From IMG/VR virus record IMGVR_UViG_2799112923_000001: 64,000 nt of DNA, one strand, 5' to 3'. Positions within the stretch are counted from its first letter, which is position 1, and each line of letters opens with the position of its first letter. The notes under the pieces were generated by a model. That model ran no database searches. It worked only from the letters and a program-made list of their open reading frames with translations, and was not told the DNA's origin. This DNA comes from a virus (lineage: Duplodnaviria > Heunggongvirae > Uroviricota > Caudoviricetes). The translations under genes and the position numbers were made by a program. Below are positions 18,594 to 27,979 of this stretch, one piece after another.

Positions 18594-18904
18594 AGTCTGT
18601 TCTATTAGAAAAACTATTTTTAGATAATAAGTTGTTAATGGAAAATTGTGATGGTGGTTCACAATCAGATTGCGACTGGTGTATCTATTCAAATGCCGAT
18701 GGCGATGTTTATGTTGTTGTTGAATACTATCATGACAAACATGTTGAATATGAAGCCACTGTACTTTTATATAATGATAATGTTGAATATGCCAAGCAGT
18801 TTGTATTTGGGCAAGAAAATGAAATGATTAAGTTCATTACAACAGATAAATTGCTACTAAAAGAACAATGGGCATTAGAACAAATTAAAAAGGATTTCCG
18901 ATGA
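18590..18904 (+). CDS. DF-tail family protein
   Basis: Ends ALEQIKKDFR*; tandem paralog of the next gene. Confidence 0.8.
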   Translation: MKSVLLEKLFLDNKLLMENCDGGSQSDCDWCIYSNADGDVYVVVEYYHDKHVEYEATVLLYNDNVEYAKQFVFGQENEMIKFITTDKLLLKEQWALEQIKKDFR

Positions 18905-19218
18905 ACAAAGATATAAGAGTATTAGAAAAATTGTTTGAACAGTATAAAATCACATTGGGTATTGATGATTGTTGTTCACAAAGAGATTACGAATGGTGCT
19001 ATTATGTTAATGATGATTATTCTATAACTGTAGATGCCACCTTTAATTATAATTCACCAAATGAATATGATGTCACAGTATCCCTTAATGATTATGATGA
19101 AATAAAAAAGACATTTAAAGAAGGTGAAGAAATGGAGCTGATTAAATTTATCACCACTGATAAAATGAAATTGGCAGAAAATCGGGCGTTAGAAAACATT
19201 AACAAGGATTTCCAATGA
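18901..19218 (+). CDS. DF-tail family protein
   Basis: Ends ALENINKDFQ*. Confidence 0.8.
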   Translation: MNKDIRVLEKLFEQYKITLGIDDCCSQRDYEWCYYVNDDYSITVDATFNYNSPNEYDVTVSLNDYDEIKKTFKEGEEMELIKFITTDKMKLAENRALENINKDFQ

Positions 19219-19526
19219 CTGGACAAGAATTAAAAAACGAATTGGTAAATCGTGGACTAACTTATTTGAAATATCAAGATAAAGCAATCCACGGTTTAGT
19301 CTTTATGACTTATTATATGATGTTTGGAACTATCCCAGTAGCCATTTATACATTGAGTGGTGAAGGAATGGATATGATAGCATTTGTTGAAACCAACAAC
19401 TCAGGCGGGTTTGAATGGAAAGATGACGAAATGGCAAATCCACAGTTCATTGACAAATATGTAAAGTTCTTAAAAGAATTTAAGGTCAATCAAACTATAA
19501 AAGAAATGGAGGTTGATTTTGACTAA
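19215..19526 (+). CDS. DF-tail family protein
   Basis: Ends KEFKVNQTIKEMEVDFD*. Confidence 0.8.
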   Translation: MTGQELKNELVNRGLTYLKYQDKAIHGLVFMTYYMMFGTIPVAIYTLSGEGMDMIAFVETNNSGGFEWKDDEMANPQFIDKYVKFLKEFKVNQTIKEMEVDFD

Positions 19527-19914
19527 CATAACAGAAAAAGAAATTTTAGCATTGAGTGACAAATACAATTTGCGTATAATAAAGGTCCAAACACAAGATG
19601 TATGGGATTGTTCAGTTTATTTAGACCATTCATTATTGAATAATGATAGTGATAAATTGTGCAAGTTTACTATAATGAATGGTGAGATAACATTTTTTGC
19701 TTGTTTTGAAAAACTAGAAACAGTTTACGATGCTTCGGATAACACAGTTCAATGTAGATTTATTACTGAATATCCATTAGGCACACATATTAACGATAAA
19801 GTTGAATTGGAAAATTTTATCAAGAAACAAATTAGAGCATTGGACTTGGCTGAAATTATGGAAAAGAAAATTAGAATGGATTTAAAGATTAACTCAATCA
19901 AACAGGATTTCTAA
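19519..19914 (+). CDS. DF-tail family protein
   Basis: TTG 19519 after GGAGG; ends KKIRMDLKINSIKQDF*. Confidence 0.8.
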   Translation: MTNITEKEILALSDKYNLRIIKVQTQDVWDCSVYLDHSLLNNDSDKLCKFTIMNGEITFFACFEKLETVYDASDNTVQCRFITEYPLGTHINDKVELENFIKKQIRALDLAEIMEKKIRMDLKINSIKQDF

Positions 19915-20310
19915 ATGGGTAAGAAGAAAATTACAGGATTTCCAAGAGAAAAGATTTTTGCGTTGGCTGAAAAGTATGGTTTGAACCATGAAGAAATAGA
20001 AGGCAGTTATTATTTCTATTTGCCAAAGTTAGGTATTATGAATGATGAAAATGATGACGAATATAGAGATGATTTGTTTGATTGGAGCGAGAATAGCAAA
20101 ACAATTCTAGTTTACACATCCTATTTGGTACGAGTCAGTGTTAATAATGGATGGGAAGCTCAATTTGAACACAGTGAAGAAGTAGGTACATTAGAACGAT
20201 TGGAAGCCATTGTTTCATATATGGTTGAAATGGCTAATAATTGGGTAAACATAAAGAAGAAAGTAGACGAACTAGGTTTAGCATTTAAAGCAAGCGAGGA
20301 TTTCCAATGA
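19915..20310 (+). CDS. DF-tail family protein
   Basis: Ends KKVDELGLAFKASEDFQ*. Confidence 0.8.
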   Translation: MGKKKITGFPREKIFALAEKYGLNHEEIEGSYYFYLPKLGIMNDENDDEYRDDLFDWSENSKTILVYTSYLVRVSVNNGWEAQFEHSEEVGTLERLEAIVSYMVEMANNWVNIKKKVDELGLAFKASEDFQ

Positions 20311-20678
20311 AAATTGAACAAGTGATAGAATTAGCAAAAGAACTAAATCTTGATTATGAATTTTACGATAAAGATTATTATTTCTATCTTCCAACCGACT
20401 GGGTTTTTAATGGATTATACTATGGTGGAGAAGATGATGATGACAGAGAGGCATTCTTTGTTTGGCGTCACAAAAGTAAGCACGTAGTTGCTACATTAAA
20501 CATTGTAATTGATGCTGATTTGAATTTCTATTATAACGATAGTGAAGAATATATCAAATTTGCTGAACTTGAAACTAAAATAAGAAAATTTTATAGTATA
20601 TTTTCACATTTACAAGAAATGAAAAAGAAAATGGAAGTTCAAAATAACATTGAAAAAATCAAATCAGATTTCAATTAA
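20307..20678 (+). CDS. DF-tail family protein
   Basis: Ends KKMEVQNNIEKIKSDFN*. Confidence 0.8.
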   Translation: MKIEQVIELAKELNLDYEFYDKDYYFYLPTDWVFNGLYYGGEDDDDREAFFVWRHKSKHVVATLNIVIDADLNFYYNDSEEYIKFAELETKIRKFYSIFSHLQEMKKKMEVQNNIEKIKSDFN

Positions 20679-20723
20679 CAAAATTTCTCATATACATAGA
20701 AAAAAATTCTATATTGGGTTATT

Positions 20724-21260
20724 ATGAGAAACAAGAATACATTATTAGTTAATTTATATGCTGGTCCAGGTGCTGGTAAATCTACTGGTGCTGCTTACAT
20801 TTTTGCCAAACTAAAAATGGCAGGAATTGATTGTGAATATGTATCGGAATATGCCAAAGATAGAGTTTGGCAAGATGACCAATTCCCATTACAACACTGC
20901 CAATTATATGTTACAGGCAAACAATGTTTAAAGATTTATCGTTTGTTAGGAAAAGTTGATGTAATCGTCACCGATAGTCCAATAGCAGTTGGTGCGATGT
21001 ACACAACCGAGAAACCATATCAAGATGTTTGTTTGTATGAAGCAAAGAAGTATAAACCAACATTCAATATCTTTGTAAATCGTTTTAAGAAATACAACCC
21101 AAACGGCAGAAATCAAACTGAAGAAGAAGCCAAAGAAATTGATAAACGAATTAAAGATTTCTTGACAGAAAACGAAATCCCATTTACCGAAGCAAATGGG
21201 ACTGAAGAGGGTTATAACAAGATTGTGGAAGATATAATTGCTTACTTGAAATCTATGTAA
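20724..21260 (+). CDS. P-loop kinase/ATPase, NadR-like (AAA_28 type)
   Basis: GPGAGKST Walker A, SEYAK, TDSP, GRNQTEEEA. Confidence 0.75.
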   Translation: MRNKNTLLVNLYAGPGAGKSTGAAYIFAKLKMAGIDCEYVSEYAKDRVWQDDQFPLQHCQLYVTGKQCLKIYRLLGKVDVIVTDSPIAVGAMYTTEKPYQDVCLYEAKKYKPTFNIFVNRFKKYNPNGRNQTEEEAKEIDKRIKDFLTENEIPFTEANGTEEGYNKIVEDIIAYLKSM

Positions 21261-21793
21261 GTTTTTCCATTATCCAAAGACATTAGATATTTCTTTCTCG
21301 TTTTAGAAATAGCATCAATTATTCCTTGGTCTTGAAAGATTTTAGTCCAGTCATTACCTAAATGAATCCATTCCGCTTTTGTAGCAGGATTATATTCATA
21401 AATGATTTGACCGAAATCTACCAAGGAATTTTTGTTTAGTTCAATAATTTTCTTCGCAATTTCTTTATAACTTAAAGTACAGTTTGTAACATAAATATCG
21501 GCTGCTCCCAAGGTTGGTTTTCCTAATAATTGTAAACCGCAGAAATGATCTGATGTTTTACTAGGATTGTAACCTTTCTTTAACAATCTATCATAATCTG
21601 CTTGGGTACGAACACCACTAGAAATGCCGACACAAACATTCTTTTTTGGGTCTTTCTTGAACTGTTGTAGATAATCACGAACTTTCTGTAAATTATTTGC
21701 TAATAGTTGTAGTAAAGATTGTTGATAAGGTGTGATTGTTTCGTTTGTAAATTCGCTTAAACTAAAATTTTGGGTTAGTTTTACAACTGCCAT
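21242..21793 (-). CDS. peptidase M15A (putative endolysin)
   Basis: NFSLSEF, ISSGVRT, SDH...AADI, WIHLG; AGAGG RBS; late promoter upstream. Confidence 0.85.
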   Translation of the reverse strand: MAVVKLTQNFSLSEFTNETITPYQQSLLQLLANNLQKVRDYLQQFKKDPKKNVCVGISSGVRTQADYDRLLKKGYNPSKTSDHFCGLQLLGKPTLGAADIYVTNCTLSYKEIAKKIIELNKNSLVDFGQIIYEYNPATKAEWIHLGNDWTKIFQDQGIIDAISKTRKKYLMSLDNGKTYIDFK

Positions 21794-21805
21794 TTTTGCT
21801 ACCTC

Positions 21806-21838
21806 TTGACAAAATGTGTTTTAATTTCTATATTTATA
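21806..21838. promoter_or_regulatory. overlapping divergent promoters: sigma70-type (+) and T4-type late (-)
   Basis: TTGACA 21806, N17, TATATT 21829 on +; TATAAATA on - at 21831-21838. Confidence 0.7.
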
Positions 21839-21854
21839 AAAAGCTGGAGATTTT

Positions 21855-22235
21855 ATGGATTACGATAAGATAAAAGAACTGTGTTTGAAATATGAGTATT
21901 TTGAATTTAGCCAAAATACATTTGGGTTTAGTATTCGTATTAAGCCCATTAGTCAAGTAATGGCTCAATTTCCAAAACAATACGCAGTTGAACTAATTGG
22001 AGAAAAGTGCGAGATTTACGAATTTACACAATTACAGAAATTCGCTTATGGTAGTTCAATAGATTATGTTATCACTTCTTTGTGTACACGAACCATAGAA
22101 ACTACTGATGTTAATGTGTGTATTATTTCAAAAATTTTGGAACATGTGAAACAACAGATTGAAAATCATTTAACCCAATATAAAAAATATCGTCAAGAAA
22201 TGTTGATGGAAAACGCAAACGAGGATTTTACATGA
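21855..22235 (+). CDS. DF-tail family protein
   Basis: Ends KKYRQEMLMENANEDFT*. Confidence 0.8.
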   Translation: MDYDKIKELCLKYEYFEFSQNTFGFSIRIKPISQVMAQFPKQYAVELIGEKCEIYEFTQLQKFAYGSSIDYVITSLCTRTIETTDVNVCIISKILEHVKQQIENHLTQYKKYRQEMLMENANEDFT

Positions 22236-22648
22236 CCGAATTTCCCTACATAGCAGAATACAATTCAAATGTTGTTCCAAATGAAGTAATCAAGAAAGAT
22301 ACTTACAAGAACCACATGTATGTAATTTATAGTGTAATGGGTAGCCACCCAACTGCTTATGTAAGGGTAAATGAAGGCGAAAAATGGTATGATGTGGATT
22401 ATGACAAAATATCATTTACATGGCCTGGTTGTAATCCGCATGGTGGATTTACATTTAGTGATTTTGTGAATGAAGAAAGTTTTGGCGAACCTGAAGCATA
22501 TTGGGTTGGTTGGGATTATGCCCATTTTGGTGATTATTGCAGTTATCCAAAGGGTACAATGATTGGTATTGAACGAGGAAAGAAGTGGACTATTGAAGAA
22601 ATTGAAGCAGAATGTAAACGAGTAATTGACTATATGGAGAAATTATGA
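22232..22648 (+). CDS. conserved phage hypothetical protein
   Basis: HPTAYV...HGGFTFS...WVGWDYAH. Confidence 0.75.
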   Translation: MTEFPYIAEYNSNVVPNEVIKKDTYKNHMYVIYSVMGSHPTAYVRVNEGEKWYDVDYDKISFTWPGCNPHGGFTFSDFVNEESFGEPEAYWVGWDYAHFGDYCSYPKGTMIGIERGKKWTIEEIEAECKRVIDYMEKL

Positions 22649-23553
22649 AAGCGTTGATATTGAGTGATTTACACCCGGACATGTATTTCGGTTATGTAAT
22701 CAAACCTGAAGAATTGCGTGGTTTGACAGAGAAAACCGAAGAAATGGTGTATAGAACACTAGATTGGATGTGGAACATATACGCCGTTCCTGCCACAGAC
22801 GCAATCCTTATAGCCGGTGACTTGGCTAATGACTATCTCACATTCACCAGCGAAATAAATTGGCTAGCTGGCAAGTACTGCGAAGTGTATCTATGTTTAG
22901 GAAACCACGATTTGACAGTAAGGGGTGCTACAAGTTCCAAGTCCAATTTACAATTCGCAAGTTCCGAACAAAAGATTGAAAAAATGAAGGAACATTGTGC
23001 TAAGTTCCCAAATGTTCATTTATTGGATGGAAATGTTGTGAATGGCATTGGTGGCTGTATGATGACCTGTGATTTGAAATGCGACTGTGCCCCAAATTAT
23101 GACCATCGCACCGAATGGAAACGCAAATGGTATGATGGAAAGCACTGGCGTTATATGGGTCAAGAACCTGGGTTAATTTGGAACGATTGTAAACAGAAAT
23201 TGGATGCGATTGTTGCCCAAAAACCAAAGTTCATATTAACTCATTTCGCACCATATCAGGTTGGTGTAAATTTCAAACATAGGCTCAGTAATGATAACAA
23301 ATTCTTCTATTTCAATGCGGAAGAATGGTTAGAAAAACTAGACCATAACACCACTTGGATTTGTGGGCATACACATACTAGGAAATACTGTGAATATGTG
23401 AATGAACAAAATGAACTTATCAAAATTCTATGTAATCCATTTGGTTATCCAGGTGAGCATGATACTTATGCTGATAAATGGTGTTATAAAAATGGAAAAC
23501 TAGATAGGACTTCCATTGACACAACTTATAACGATTACATAGTTGAAATATAA
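22645..23553 (+). CDS. calcineurin-like metallophosphoesterase
   Basis: SDLH, AGD, GNHD, TH, GHTH motifs. Confidence 0.9.
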   Translation: MKALILSDLHPDMYFGYVIKPEELRGLTEKTEEMVYRTLDWMWNIYAVPATDAILIAGDLANDYLTFTSEINWLAGKYCEVYLCLGNHDLTVRGATSSKSNLQFASSEQKIEKMKEHCAKFPNVHLLDGNVVNGIGGCMMTCDLKCDCAPNYDHRTEWKRKWYDGKHWRYMGQEPGLIWNDCKQKLDAIVAQKPKFILTHFAPYQVGVNFKHRLSNDNKFFYFNAEEWLEKLDHNTTWICGHTHTRKYCEYVNEQNELIKILCNPFGYPGEHDTYADKWCYKNGKLDRTSIDTTYNDYIVEI

Positions 23554-23566
23554 GTTCTCAAAAATG

Positions 23567-23595
23567 AAAAATCCCTGCTCCTGCGGGGATTTTTT
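23567..23595 (+). terminator. intrinsic terminator followed by CTATATT
   Basis: AAAAATCCCTGC-TCCT-GCGGGGATTTTT. Confidence 0.75.
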
Positions 23596-23631
23596 CTATA
23601 TTATACATATTACACATTTAAAGGAGAATAT

Positions 23632-24192
23632 ATGACAGTTGATTTAATAGTGAACATAATTGACCTCTTGATTTGGATTGGTTTATTCCTAATCATTCAC
23701 ACGATTAACAAACGATTAACCAAGATTGAACAAGCAGATACTAAAACAGACAAATTACTTGAATGGGTAGATAGAAATTCATTTGACATTTCCAAAGCAG
23801 TTAAAGATGTTAAGGAAACATTTGAAGATTTCCATATAAACTATGTGGAAGTTGGTAAGATGCTAGATAGTCTTAATTGCCCAATTTACAAGTTTGTATT
23901 TGGAAAAGATAATGAAGTTGTTATTTCCTACGATTTCAAAACTGTGACAATGAAATTTAATACAAAGACCCAGACATATACAGACTGGACAAATTTCAAA
24001 AACGATTTCATTGACGCACTTTCAACTATTGTAGAATTTAAGAATGAACCAATCTCAAAATTGGATGCTACAGTAGAACAAGCAACAGATAAAGAAATTA
24101 AAGAAACTTCAAACACAATAGATGTTGCTGGTCAGTTGGTGGAAGATTTGAAACCAAAGAGAAAACCAAGAAAGAAAAAAGAAGCTCAGTAA
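23632..24192 (+). CDS. membrane-anchored hypothetical protein
   Basis: N-terminal TM, basic tail; AGGAG RBS. Confidence 0.75.
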   Translation: MTVDLIVNIIDLLIWIGLFLIIHTINKRLTKIEQADTKTDKLLEWVDRNSFDISKAVKDVKETFEDFHINYVEVGKMLDSLNCPIYKFVFGKDNEVVISYDFKTVTMKFNTKTQTYTDWTNFKNDFIDALSTIVEFKNEPISKLDATVEQATDKEIKETSNTIDVAGQLVEDLKPKRKPRKKKEAQ

Positions 24193-24214
24193 TAGTTTAT
24201 ACATAAAAAATGAG

Positions 24215-24241
24215 AAACTCGGAATTTTCTCCGAGTTTTTT
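24215..24241 (+). terminator. intrinsic terminator followed by CTATATT
   Basis: AAACTCGGA-ATTTTC-TCCGAGTTTTTT. Confidence 0.75.
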
Positions 24242-24267
24242 CTATATTTAAAAGAAAATAGGTTAAT

Positions 24268-24528
24268 ATGGCAGAATTATCAATTAAAAAATTAAATGAA
24301 TCATTTGTAGAAATAGACGCAAGCGAAGATATTAACTTTAACATTTACTCTCGTTACTCCGAATATGTATCTGGTTATCAATTCCAACCACGATTTAAAC
24401 TTCGTGTATGGGATGGTAAACACCATTCTTATAATATGCGTTCAAGTATCCTTCCAATAGGATTAGTAAAAGATTTGTTGTTATGGGCTAGAAACCAAGG
24501 GACAACATTTGAACTTGAACGGATTTAG
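24268..24528 (+). CDS. uvsW: UvsW helicase, N-terminal part
   Basis: GYQFQPRFKLRVWDGK...LPIGLV matches the T4 UvsW N-terminal GYRFNPRF...WDGR...LPFGL. Confidence 0.8.
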   Translation: MAELSIKKLNESFVEIDASEDINFNIYSRYSEYVSGYQFQPRFKLRVWDGKHHSYNMRSSILPIGLVKDLLLWARNQGTTFELERI

Positions 24529-25759
24529 AGATACCGAATTTTTGGAAGAAATAGATGAAAAAGACTATTTGGCACAAATTCAAGACAATATGAAAAATGC
24601 CCCATTCCAAATTCGTGATTATCAAGACAAAGCAGTAAGAGCAGCATTAAAGTATCATAAGGGTATTCTATTATCTTGTACATCTAGTGGTAAGTCTTTA
24701 ATGATTTACAACATTATCCGTTGTTTGAGAAAACAAGAAATGAAACATATCCTTCTAATCGTTCCTAACATTATGCTCGTAGACCAGATGTATGATGACT
24801 TTAAGGACTATGGATATGACAATTTGGATGACGATGTAGAAAGATTGGGTGGTGGACATGAAGCCACATTTGACAAACCTGTGTTAATTTCCACATGGCA
24901 GTCATTACAAAATAAAGACAGTGAATTTTTTGAAAAATACAATGCCGTTTTCGTTGACGAAGTTCATGGTGTAAAAGCCAATGTTATGAGTAAACTAATG
25001 AAATGGTGTTGTAATGCTTATTATAAAATTGGTACTACCGGTACACTCCCTAATGACAAATGCGATTTGTTACAAATTAGAGAAGTTGTTGGTGATGTAA
25101 TCTTTGAATTGAAGTCTAAAGAACTCATTGACAAGGGTGTATTGACTAAAATCAAGATTGCTAACATTATAGCAAAATATCCTTCCGATTTCGTATTGAA
25201 GAATAAGGGAAGAAGTTATCCTGAAGAAGTCAAAATGGTAGAAGAATACCAAGATAGAAACAAAGTCCTAGAATACATTTTGGAACACACAGACAAGAAA
25301 CATAATGTGTTAGTGTTAATGAACCATTTGAAACACGTTCAGTTAATTAGAGAATGGTTGAACGAAAAATACCCAGATAAGAAAGTTTCTGTAATCACCG
25401 GTGCCGTTAGTGGTGAAGAAAGAAGTGATATTCGTAAGGGTATTGAAGAGGAAGATGGTACTATATTGTTAGCAACATACGCAACTATGAGTACTGGTGT
25501 TAATATGCCAAAACTCCACGATGTTATCTTGTATGCTAATAGTAAATCTAAAATCAAAGTTCTACAGTCTATCGGTCGTGGATTAAGAAAACACGCAACA
25601 AAGAACCAGATTATTTTGTATGATATTATTGACGATTTATCCTACAAGACAAGAACTGGAAGAGTTGTTGAGAACTATTTGATTAAGCATTGGAAAGAAA
25701 GAATGAGTTATTACAAAGAACAGGAATTCCCAGTAATATCTACATCTTTGAATATCTAA
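24509..25759 (+). CDS. uvsW: UvsW SF2 helicase, core
   Basis: RDYQ, TSSGKS, STWQSL, DEVH, TGT, STGVN, LQSIGRGLR, DIIDDL. Confidence 0.9.
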   Translation: MNLNGFRDTEFLEEIDEKDYLAQIQDNMKNAPFQIRDYQDKAVRAALKYHKGILLSCTSSGKSLMIYNIIRCLRKQEMKHILLIVPNIMLVDQMYDDFKDYGYDNLDDDVERLGGGHEATFDKPVLISTWQSLQNKDSEFFEKYNAVFVDEVHGVKANVMSKLMKWCCNAYYKIGTTGTLPNDKCDLLQIREVVGDVIFELKSKELIDKGVLTKIKIANIIAKYPSDFVLKNKGRSYPEEVKMVEEYQDRNKVLEYILEHTDKKHNVLVLMNHLKHVQLIREWLNEKYPDKKVSVITGAVSGEERSDIRKGIEEEDGTILLATYATMSTGVNMPKLHDVILYANSKSKIKVLQSIGRGLRKHATKNQIILYDIIDDLSYKTRTGRVVENYLIKHWKERMSYYKEQEFPVISTSLNI

Positions 25760-25765
25760 TGTGGC

Positions 25766-25773
25766 TATAAATA
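25766..25773 (+). promoter_or_regulatory. T4-type late promoter TATAAATA
   Basis: Exact consensus upstream of the structural operon. Confidence 0.75.
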
Positions 25774-25780
25774 TATTACT

Positions 25781-27979
25781 ATGGCTGAAACCCGAACAAA
25801 GATTTATAGCATTGAATCAGACGAAAATGGTAAATTATGGGACTTGCGTACAACAATGACCTACACAGTCCCACTTCGTCTACGCACGAAAGCTGGGAAT
25901 GATTTATCACAGGATGTTTATAAATGTAATAGATTTCCATTCGTTTATGATTTGACTACTAACACTACTGTTGGTAGTGAATCAATAGAAAAGTTTAGTA
26001 CAAACGATGGTATTTTACAAGACGAAACAGGTCATTTCTTATTCAGTAGAAAATTATTAGTAGAACACGGGATTGGTTTTATCCTAGCCAGTTGGTTATC
26101 TTTAAAAGATGATAAAATTGTAGTCAAGTTCAAAGAAACATATCTTAAAAATTGGTATTCATCCCCTTCTTCTACTGAAATAACCGACGATGAAATTTAT
26201 TCTTGGGATTCTTTTATTAACAAACCTTATCGTTATACAGAATCTTCAGGAAATATGGTTCCTGAATATGCTTTTCCTTGGTTAAGATTTAATAGTTTTG
26301 AAACATTCGCAACTAATTATCCAATAGCTGATGAAAAATTGATATTTGATAAATTAGCGAATGGTTGGAGTAATTGTACTTATAGAAACAACTGTGACAC
26401 AACAAAGATTGATGATACAGAATGGGCTACTTTGTTTTTAAGTAGACGATTCCCAGGTGTTGGATTAAAAACATTTAATTCAACAACATTAGATGTTCCA
26501 ACTGATTTAAAAGACATCAAAATTGGTAGTGGAGAATTCATTTATCCATACACTAGCAATTACAATAGTGATTATCATTATTGTTTCATTAGAAGTCCAT
26601 TACCATCCGACCTTCATATTACAGATTTGAATCCTGCTAAATTTGGTATTTTAGCCGAGTTCATTGGTAATGGTGATAAAACATTAGTTTATAACCACTC
26701 AGGTGAAGATATTACACCTAATGAATATGATAGTTCTACAACTTCATATAAAGATAAAAATTCTTTGATTGTTTCTACTGATAACAATGGTGCTACTGAT
26801 ATTGACATTGTAGAAAAATATACCTTGGTTACAACTTATATGGATGATGTTAATCCATACGAAGCAATTCCAGGTATTACCAAATACACTTATAAGAATG
26901 TAAAAAGAAACAATGGTAAAACTTACCAATACTCGGAAGTTGGTAAAACATATACTGCCGACCCACCAGCAGAAACTATCCTAGATGAAATGTTAAATGA
27001 CCCTGAAACGAAATGGCAAACACCAACTGAATACTATTCAAGTAAGGGAACAACAGCATCACAAGCAAACATTGAAGACCCCTTTAATGCTATTAGTGAA
27101 TCACAGTCATGGTTCTGGGTTGAAACTATCAAGAACTGGTGTGTTTATGTTGAACGAAACAACATATTGTATCTAATGTGCTGGAACGGTAGAGATGGTT
27201 GGGATTTGTTGGAAGCAATTATGAATTTGAAGAATACAGGTTATATACAAAGTTTAGCAAGATTGTATTTGTATTCTCATTTGTTCTTTGCCGAAGGTCC
27301 AGCCGTAGAATGGAATATATGTAATCCAATTCGTATGCCAGATGGTAACATTAACCAGTATTATTACAGAACATTGTATTTAACAAGAGATACAATTAGC
27401 AACAACTATAATACAAAGTTCCAAAGTTTACACGATACAAAGATTTACCAAACTGGTGAAAGATATTTATTTTCTAATGTGGGTATTGGTTTAGACCCAG
27501 ACACTACAGGTAATAAAAAGACATATTCATATAAAGACATTTATGTAGATAAAACAAGACCTGCTTGCCACGGTGTTCAAAACCAGTATTGCCCAGTGGT
27601 CGCAAAGTTGGCTAATGGTAATTTTGGATTATACTTTGTTTATCATGTGAATGGTAATGGTTATGGTATTCCAAACGAGAACAACCCAAGTATGATTATT
27701 TCTGCTGATGATGCTAATGCTAGATGTAGAGATATATTTGGTGCTGGTGACGATAAAACCATTATGGGAGATTGGAAACGATTTAACGGAACTAACACAG
27801 ATGAAGAAAAACCAACTTCAATTCGTTCCAACACAGACGAAACCATTTATGGTGCCGCTAATTTAACACAAAATAAAGCAGATACCAAACTAAATACTAT
27901 TAGTATATTAGCAAACAGACCAAACCCAACAACTAACAATAGTGATATTCAAGATTATCTTGAAAGATGGGATAGATAA
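25781..27979 (+). CDS. putative virion structural protein (732 aa)
   Basis: Late promoter; N/T/Y-rich; operon ends in the neck gene. Confidence 0.55.
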   Translation: MAETRTKIYSIESDENGKLWDLRTTMTYTVPLRLRTKAGNDLSQDVYKCNRFPFVYDLTTNTTVGSESIEKFSTNDGILQDETGHFLFSRKLLVEHGIGFILASWLSLKDDKIVVKFKETYLKNWYSSPSSTEITDDEIYSWDSFINKPYRYTESSGNMVPEYAFPWLRFNSFETFATNYPIADEKLIFDKLANGWSNCTYRNNCDTTKIDDTEWATLFLSRRFPGVGLKTFNSTTLDVPTDLKDIKIGSGEFIYPYTSNYNSDYHYCFIRSPLPSDLHITDLNPAKFGILAEFIGNGDKTLVYNHSGEDITPNEYDSSTTSYKDKNSLIVSTDNNGATDIDIVEKYTLVTTYMDDVNPYEAIPGITKYTYKNVKRNNGKTYQYSEVGKTYTADPPAETILDEMLNDPETKWQTPTEYYSSKGTTASQANIEDPFNAISESQSWFWVETIKNWCVYVERNNILYLMCWNGRDGWDLLEAIMNLKNTGYIQSLARLYLYSHLFFAEGPAVEWNICNPIRMPDGNINQYYYRTLYLTRDTISNNYNTKFQSLHDTKIYQTGERYLFSNVGIGLDPDTTGNKKTYSYKDIYVDKTRPACHGVQNQYCPVVAKLANGNFGLYFVYHVNGNGYGIPNENNPSMIISADDANARCRDIFGAGDDKTIMGDWKRFNGTNTDEEKPTSIRSNTDETIYGAANLTQNKADTKLNTISILANRPNPTTNNSDIQDYLERWDR

